From Synechococcus elongatus PCC 6301 (GTDB lineage: Bacteria > Cyanobacteriota > Cyanobacteriia > Synechococcales > Synechococcaceae), in NCBI RefSeq assembly GCF_000010065.1, contig NC_006576.1, positions 2,130,001-2,162,000 of the forward strand: 32,000 nt of DNA, read 5' to 3'. Numbering within the stretch: position 1 is the stretch's first letter; every line of letters begins with the position of its first letter. Of this stretch, positions 26,604 through 32,000 are shown piece after piece. The position numbers were made by a program, and so were the translations under genes. The notes under the pieces are model-generated. The model saw nothing but the letters and a program-made list of their open reading frames with translations, was not told the origin of the DNA and made no database searches.

Positions 26604-28994
26604 CTAGAAAGGCCATTGCCACTGATTGATTTCAGGGCGATCGATCCCTTCTTGATAGGCATATTGAATGTGGTCGTGGATTTGATCCTTGAGCCACTCT
26701 TTGACATGGGCACCGCGATCACGTAGATGCGGAACGCGATCGATCACATCAATTGCAAGGTTAAAGCGATCGACTTGATTGCGAATCGCTAGCTCTAATG
26801 GCGTATTGATGTTGCCAACTTCCTTGTAGCCGCGCACGTGCAAGTTGTTGTGATTGTGGCGGCGATAGGCCAGTTTGTGAATCAGCCATGGGTAGCCATG
26901 GAAGTTGAAGATAATCGGCTTGTCAACCGTAAATAGGCTATCGAAATCACGATCGCTTAACCCATGGGGATGTTCGGTATCCGGCTGAAGACGGAACAGA
27001 TCCACCACATTAACAAAGCGAATTTTGAGATCGGGAAAATGCTCACGGAGCAACGCTGTTGCCGCCAACGCTTCCAAGGTGACGACATCACCGCAACTAG
27101 CAATCACGACATCCGGTGAAGCTCCTTGGTCATTGCTTGCCCAATCCCAAATGCCAATCCCTTTAGCGCAGTGGCGAGCAGCTGCCTCAGCATCGAGATA
27201 CTGAAGGTGACTTTGTTTGTCCGCCACGATGACGTTGATATAGTCTGTGCTGCGCAGACAGTGATCAGCAACGGAGAGTAGACAGTTGGCATCCGGCGGT
27301 AGATAGATGCGGGTGACTCGTGCACTCTTATTCGTAACCAGATCAATAAAGCCGGGATCCTGATGGCTAAAGCCATTGTGATCCTGTCGCCAAACGGTCG
27401 AGGAGAGCAGGATATTTAACGACGAAACAGGGGCTCGCCAATCGACTTCCCGCTTGCTGACATCCAACCATTTCGCATGCTGATTGACCATCGAATCAAT
27501 CACATGGGCAAAGGCTTCATAGGTGGCAAAAAAGCCGTGGCGACCCGTGAGCAAGTAGGCTTCGAGCCAACCTTCGAGGGTGTGTTCACTCAGAATTTCC
27601 ATGACCCGGCCGCGATCGCTCAGGTGGCCGCCATCCTCATCCTCAGGAATGCGATCGCCCAGCCAGACTTTCGAAGTGACTTCATAAACCGCATCTAGCC
27701 GGTTCGAGGCCGTTTCATCCGGCCCAAACAGGCGGAAGTTATCGGGATTGTGACGGATCACCTCGCGCAGGAATTGACCCAGCGGTCGCGTTGAATCTGC
27801 ACGGCTTTTGCCAGGAGCCGGTACAGACACTGCTTGATCGCGGAAATCTGGCAGGGTCAAGGCACGCCGTAGCAAGCCGCCATTTGTAACTGGGTTTGCA
27901 CTCATCCGCCGATCGCCGATTGGTGCGATCGCTTGCAGTTCTGCGACTGGTGCGCCACTTGCATCAAACAATTCTTCCGGTCGGTAGCTGCGGAGCCAGT
28001 CTTCCAGCAGTTGCAAATGCTCAGGATTCGTCAGCACATCAGCCATTGGTACTTGGTGCGATCGCCAAGACCCTTCAACAACGTGCCCCTTGATCGTGGC
28101 GGGGCCGGTCCAGCCTTTGGGTGTGCGCAGCACAATCATTGGCCACATCGGGCGATCGCTACTTTCTCCCGATCGTGCCGCGGCTTGAATCGCCTGAATC
28201 TTCTGAACACAAGTCGCTAGGGTGCTAGCCATCACGCCATGCAGGATGGCGGGATCATTGCCTTCGACGAAAAAGGGTTCGTAGCCGTAGCCAATAAACA
28301 AACTGCGCAGCTCCTCATGGGAAATCCGCGACAGCAAGGTGGGGTTGGCAATTTTGTAGCCGTTGAGGTGCAGAATCGGCAGCACCGCTCCATCCTGCGC
28401 CGGATTCAGGAATTTATTGGAATGCCAAGAGGTTGCCAGCGGGCCAGTTTCGGCTTCGCCGTCACCAATCACGCAGGCCACAATCAGGTCGGGATTATCC
28501 AACGCCGCCCCAAAAGCGTGGGAGAGGCTGTAGCCCAACTCGCCACCTTCGTGGATCGATCCGGGTGTTTCGGGCGTGCAGTGGCTGCCAATGCCGCCGG
28601 GGAATGAAAACTGCTTGAAAAATTGTTGGAGTCCAGCGGTCGACTGCTGACAGTTGGGATAGACCTCACTGTAAGTTCCCTCGAGCCAAGCATTCGCCAG
28701 TAGTGCCGGAGCGCCGTGACCTGGGCCTGTGACGTAGATCAGGTTGAGATCCAAGCGGCGGATCAAGCGGTTGAGATGAACGTAGACAAAGCTCAAGCCG
28801 GGATCGCTTCCCCAGTGCCCCAGCAACCGCTGTTTGATATGTTCGGGCCGCAGCGGTTCTTGCAGCAGCGGATTATCTCGTAAATAAATTTGCCCAACCG
28901 ACAGGTAGTTGGCGGCTCGCCACCACGCATCGATCGCAGCCTGTTCGTTGGGACTTAGTGTGGCAATATCCGTCGCTTGCAAGGTACTTGTCAT
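26604..28994 (-). CDS. xpk: xylulose-5-phosphate/fructose-6-phosphate phosphoketolase
   Basis: ATG 28994 gives 796 aa ([38 protein letters not shown]...) with XFP-family hallmarks [18 protein letters not shown] and GDGEAETGP. The track start at 29009 is a TTG five codons upstream. Confidence 0.95.
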   Translation of the reverse strand: MTSTLQATDIATLSPNEQAAIDAWWRAANYLSVGQIYLRDNPLLQEPLRPEHIKQRLLGHWGSDPGLSFVYVHLNRLIRRLDLNLIYVTGPGHGAPALLANAWLEGTYSEVYPNCQQSTAGLQQFFKQFSFPGGIGSHCTPETPGSIHEGGELGYSLSHAFGAALDNPDLIVACVIGDGEAETGPLATSWHSNKFLNPAQDGAVLPILHLNGYKIANPTLLSRISHEELRSLFIGYGYEPFFVEGNDPAILHGVMASTLATCVQKIQAIQAAARSGESSDRPMWPMIVLRTPKGWTGPATIKGHVVEGSWRSHQVPMADVLTNPEHLQLLEDWLRSYRPEELFDASGAPVAELQAIAPIGDRRMSANPVTNGGLLRRALTLPDFRDQAVSVPAPGKSRADSTRPLGQFLREVIRHNPDNFRLFGPDETASNRLDAVYEVTSKVWLGDRIPEDEDGGHLSDRGRVMEILSEHTLEGWLEAYLLTGRHGFFATYEAFAHVIDSMVNQHAKWLDVSKREVDWRAPVSSLNILLSSTVWRQDHNGFSHQDPGFIDLVTNKSARVTRIYLPPDANCLLSVADHCLRSTDYINVIVADKQSHLQYLDAEAAARHCAKGIGIWDWASNDQGASPDVVIASCGDVVTLEALAATALLREHFPDLKIRFVNVVDLFRLQPDTEHPHGLSDRDFDSLFTVDKPIIFNFHGYPWLIHKLAYRRHNHNNLHVRGYKEVGNINTPLELAIRNQVDRFNLAIDVIDRVPHLRDRGAHVKEWLKDQIHDHIQYAYQEGIDRPEINQWQWPF

Positions 28995-29276
28995 CGCTGA
29001 CTCAACCAAAATGAACGCTATCGCGATCCCGAATATTTTTATGTTTTCATTACGATCGCAGTCATATTCTGCAATGTCGCTGAATAGAATCGGGACGGAC
29101 TGTTAAAACCCTATCGCAAAATAAAAATAACGGCGATCGTGGAGAATGGTTGCTCAGCCAGCCTTTCCAGCTCTCTTCAAAACTAAAAAATTTTAGTAAT
29201 CATTGCAGGTTGATGTGATTAAGCACACATACATTGTTGGCTATGGTTGTTAAATACCCAAAAGGAGCACTGACGA
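28995..29276. promoter_or_regulatory. divergent xpk / ackA promoter region
   Basis: A 282-bp gap between divergently transcribed genes. It is markedly AT-rich (my spot counts are 33-42% GC on two 60-nt lines) and HIP1-free. It contains the inverted repeat CTAAAA-aa-TTTTAG at 29183-29196. AAGGAG at 29262-29267 serves ackA. Confidence 0.5.
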
Positions 29277-30458
29277 TTGCAACTACTAACCTTCAATGCA
29301 GGTTCCAGTAGCTATAAATTGTCAGGATTTGAGATCACAACAGCTGCGGAGCAAACAGATCCCGTCTGGCAAGTCCAAATTGATTGGAAAACCGATCGAG
29401 CGGCGACGCTGACGCAGCCCGGACAGCCTGTTCAGATGCTGGATAGCAGCGATCGCAGGGCTTGGCTTGAAATAGCGCTAGAGACATTGCCCGATCGCAG
29501 CGCGATCGCGGCGGTGGTGCACCGGGTCGTTCACGGTGGACAGCAACAAGCTCCCGCTGTGGTGACGCCAGAGCTGAAAGCGACGATCGCCGCCGCCGCT
29601 AATTTAGCGCCCTTGCACAATCCCCTCAATCTGGCGGGGATCGAGCAGATGGAGCAGTTGTTTGGCCTAGCGATGCCTCAGATTGCTGTGTTTGATACGG
29701 CCTTTCATCAGCAAATGCCAGTGGCTGCGGCCATCTATGGCGGTCCCTATCACTGGTGGGAGCAAGGATATCGGCGCTATGGCTTCCACGGCATCAGTCA
29801 TCAATATCTGGCGGAACGCTGTGCCCAGTTGAGCGATCGCTCTCTCTCGAATTTGCAATTAGTGACCGCGCATTTAGGCAATGGGTGCTCGCTGGCGGCG
29901 ATTCGTAATGGCCATAGTGTCGATACCAGTATGGGCTTTTCGCCGTTGGAAGGCCTAGTGATGGGCAGTCGGAGTGGCACAGTCGATCCGGGCTTACTCC
30001 TGCATCTCTTGCAACAGCCAGATTGCAGCCCCAGTCAGCTCAGCACGGTCCTGAATCAGCAATCGGGGCTTCTAGGTTTGAGTGGTCGCTCCAATGATGT
30101 GCGGGCGTTGGCGATCGCAGCGGACGCCGGGGATCAGCGATCGCAGTTAGCGTTAGCAGCCTTTACCCACAGTCTGCGGCGACATCTTGGGGCAATGTTG
30201 GCCAGTCTGACGCGGCTTGATGCGCTGGTGTTTGCCGGTGGGATCGGCGAAAACTATCGGTCGCTCTGGCCAGCGGTCTGCGAACACTTTGCGGGCATGC
30301 CGATTCGGCTTGATCCGGAAGCGATGGCTGTTGCAGGCGATCGCCGCATCAGTACGCCAGATTCTGCGATCACCGTTTGGGTGATTCACAGTCGTGAGGA
30401 CTGGCAGATGGTGCAGTTGGCCCTGCCTTTGCTTCGATCCCCACAGTCTTTCAATTGA
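29277..30458 (+). CDS. ackA: acetate kinase
   Basis: 393 aa with the N-terminal LTFNAGSSSYKL motif, plus VHRVVHGG, TAHLGNGCS and FAGGIGEN motifs. The frame opens just after TGA at 29271-29273. There is no in-frame ATG before the conserved NAGSSS, so TTG 29277 (AAGGAG 9 nt upstream) must be the start. Confidence 0.92.
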   Translation: MQLLTFNAGSSSYKLSGFEITTAAEQTDPVWQVQIDWKTDRAATLTQPGQPVQMLDSSDRRAWLEIALETLPDRSAIAAVVHRVVHGGQQQAPAVVTPELKATIAAAANLAPLHNPLNLAGIEQMEQLFGLAMPQIAVFDTAFHQQMPVAAAIYGGPYHWWEQGYRRYGFHGISHQYLAERCAQLSDRSLSNLQLVTAHLGNGCSLAAIRNGHSVDTSMGFSPLEGLVMGSRSGTVDPGLLLHLLQQPDCSPSQLSTVLNQQSGLLGLSGRSNDVRALAIAADAGDQRSQLALAAFTHSLRRHLGAMLASLTRLDALVFAGGIGENYRSLWPAVCEHFAGMPIRLDPEAMAVAGDRRISTPDSAITVWVIHSREDWQMVQLALPLLRSPQSFN

Positions 30459-30466
30459 GGTTTGGC

Positions 30467-31105
30467 ATGGTTTTAAGACTCTATCTCGTCCGCCACGGTG
30501 AAACGACCGCTAGCCGTGAAGGCGGCTACAGTGGCAGCGGCAATCCGCCGCTGACAGAAGCGGGGCAGCAGATGGCTCAGGCTTTAGCGGATACCTATGC
30601 TGATTTGAATTGGCAGGCTGCCTATGTCAGCCCGTTGCTACGGGCACAAGAAACTGCGCAACCCCTCTGTCAGCAGGCCAAGCTTGACATGCGGATTCGC
30701 GATGGACTGCGTGAGATCGACTTTGGCATTTGGGAGAACCGCACGCCGGATGAAGTCATGGCCAGTCATCAGCAGGACTATCTTCACTGGCTAGCGGAGC
30801 CTGCCTGGAATCCCCCCACGGGTGGCGAAAGTGCGGTGGTCGTCGCCAGTCGGGTCAGCCTCGTGATTCAGGAAATCACTGAGACGATCGCCGATGGAAA
30901 TGTCCTTGTTGTCTCTCACAAAGCAACCCTGCGGATTCTGCTTTGTAACCTCTTGGGGATCGATCTGGGGCGTTACCGCGATCGCATTGCTATGCCAGTC
31001 GCCTCGCTCTCCATCCTGTCTTTCAATCAGCACGGGCCCTGTCTGGAACGCTTGGGCGATCGCAGTCATCTGCCACTGGAGTTGCGCGATCGCGCTGGAA
31101 CTTAA
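30467..31105 (+). CDS. histidine phosphatase superfamily protein (phosphoglycerate mutase-like)
   Basis: ATG 30467 gives 212 aa: MVLRLYLVRHGETTASREG... (RHG catalytic motif), with a later SHKATLR (His) motif. It starts 8 bp after the ackA stop, so it is probably co-transcribed. Confidence 0.85.
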   Translation: MVLRLYLVRHGETTASREGGYSGSGNPPLTEAGQQMAQALADTYADLNWQAAYVSPLLRAQETAQPLCQQAKLDMRIRDGLREIDFGIWENRTPDEVMASHQQDYLHWLAEPAWNPPTGGESAVVVASRVSLVIQEITETIADGNVLVVSHKATLRILLCNLLGIDLGRYRDRIAMPVASLSILSFNQHGPCLERLGDRSHLPLELRDRAGT

Positions 31106-31481
31106 GCAACTGGTATCCGTCCCCGTCGCGCCTCTCTGTCACGATCGGCACGGCACTCTACAAGCTGCTTAGGACGATTGGATTTTGGGTGGGTATCGAG
31201 TCAACAACTTCTGTCCGTGGGAGTGATTGCGCACTCCCCCACCCACGCCTTGGGAGACTCGACTCCCCTAGCACCGAAACAAGATTTTGGATGAGGCTGC
31301 TCGGCTAAATCGCATATTGTCACGGGTAAAATTCGCCGGTGTTGGTCATGGGGTGGAGGCTAGACAGCTCGGGTAAACGTCCTAAACCACCTGTTGAATA
31401 AATGGTGTCTTCACCTCGGTGATCGCGACTGCTGAGCTAGGGCAATAGCCCAGCTGAACCGCTCATCAATGTTGTCAATCT

Positions 31482-31898
31482 TCAGACCTGACAGCGATCG
31501 CGGCATTGACGGTCGGCCGCTAGGGTTGCTAAATCTGGACGTCCTGTGAGGGCTAAGCGGCGATCGGCCCAGAGCCCGTAGACCCAATCGATCAGCGATC
31601 GCAAGAGGGGCCAGCGCGTTGGGGCGTAGATCCAGCCGAGGCCAATCGCGGCGTAAAGCTGCCGAAAAACTTCCACATCCTGCAGAATGACACCATCATT
31701 GCGAAGGGCATGGATTCGGCCCATGGCCTGCTCGTAGCTGATCCCGGCATGCTCCTCGGGGGCATAGTCCGGTGCATCAATATCGACAAACTGGATGCGG
31801 TTCTGGCGATCGCGTCCTTGCAGAAAGCGAACCTCGCGTAAGCAGAGTGGACAGCCACCGTCGTAGAGCAATGTGTACTGCCAAATCGAGCCAGTCAT
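31482..31898 (-). CDS. DCC-family thiol-disulfide oxidoreductase (DUF393)
   Basis: 138 aa with the N-terminal LLYDGGCPLCLREVRFL (DxxCxxC motif) that is typical of the family. Confidence 0.8.
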   Translation of the reverse strand: MTGSIWQYTLLYDGGCPLCLREVRFLQGRDRQNRIQFVDIDAPDYAPEEHAGISYEQAMGRIHALRNDGVILQDVEVFRQLYAAIGLGWIYAPTRWPLLRSLIDWVYGLWADRRLALTGRPDLATLAADRQCRDRCQV

Positions 31899-32000
31899 GC
31901 CGCGTCAGAAATCGTCGGGACGCTGTGATCCTAACGAACCCTCCGGCTCTGCCTCGACTTTCACTTAGTCTTCTAGCTCGGCATTGTGCAAGGCTTCCGC

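Larger units (their letters stand above)
1..32000. repeat. dispersed HIP1 (highly iterated palindrome 1, GCGATCGC)
   Basis: About 90 exact copies by my manual scan (not machine-verified). Examples: 1088-1095, 1492-1499, 2237-2244, 2484-2491, 3199-3206, and overlapping tandem pairs GCGATCGCGATCGC such as 10134-10147. Chance expectation for one 8-mer in 32 kb is about 0.5. This is characteristic of cyanobacteria such as S. elongatus. Confidence 0.95.

Noticed and set aside
28995-29276. Search for an NtcA box (GTA-N8-TAC) in the xpk/ackA spacer
   Set aside because: The only GTA with the correct spacing (GTAatcattgcAGG, ~29196-29209) lacks the TAC half-site, so no NtcA site is claimed.
31252-31267. 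GGGAG-actcga-CTCCC hairpin considered as a tRNA T-arm
   Set aside because: The loop is 6 nt without the TTCRANT consensus. No acceptor, D or anticodon arms can be built around it. I recognised no tRNA or rRNA anywhere in the window.
31965-32000. Possible 3' end of a minus-strand gene (…AEALHNAELED* with TAA at complement of 31965-31967)
   Set aside because: Only 12 codons are visible at the window edge, which is too little to support a call.
1-32000. Scan for hallmarks of mobile or defence islands (transposase/integrase, CRISPR repeats, toxin-antitoxin pairs, restriction-modification, phage genes)
   Set aside because: None were seen. All large ORFs are accounted for by housekeeping, bioenergetic or envelope functions. 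The only regularly recurring repeat is the 8-bp HIP1 palindrome, which is not a CRISPR array.

Overview
The window looks like core chromosome of a Synechococcus elongatus-type cyanobacterium (PCC 7942/6301-like). I base this on my own recognition, not a database search. The HIP1 octamer GCGATCGC occurs about 90 times by my manual scan, and the gene order matches what I remember for that genome. Coding density is high. Left to right: the end of cynA plus cynB-cynD-cynS (cyanate transport and cyanase); a small Dabb/ABM-like protein; a minus-strand rfbC-rfbD-rfbB-rfbA dTDP-rhamnose operon ending in a small 2Fe-2S ferredoxin-like gene; a DUF1853-like protein; a CBSx4-GAF-GGDEF diguanylate cyclase; a small secreted MliC-like protein; the low-CO2-inducible NDH-1MS operon ndhF3-ndhD3-chpY(cupA)-cupS; hom; a VKOR-thioredoxin fusion; hisF; a DUF2862-like / Get3d-like ArsA-HSP20 / chlG cluster; a MarC-family protein; a divergent EF-G paralogue; a GT2 glycosyltransferase; divergent phosphoketolase (xpk) and ackA plus a histidine phosphatase; and a DCC-family thiol-disulfide oxidoreductase. 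I found no rRNA, tRNA, CRISPR array, transposase, integrase or recognisable defence system. I do not see a convincing new multi-gene system. The points most worth a second look are: (1) an in-frame TAG that cuts the conserved N-terminal segment off chlG; (2) a Get3d-like ATPase with degenerate catalytic motifs packed against chlG; (3) an EF-G paralogue lacking the catalytic His and with an altered G4 motif; (4) a low-GC, HIP1-poor CBS-GAF-GGDEF gene; and (5) several structured intergenic regions (ndhF3 promoter repeats, mutually exclusive hairpins upstream of hom, the xpk/ackA divergent control region). All family assignments come from reading motifs by eye and from memory of the families. No searches were run.
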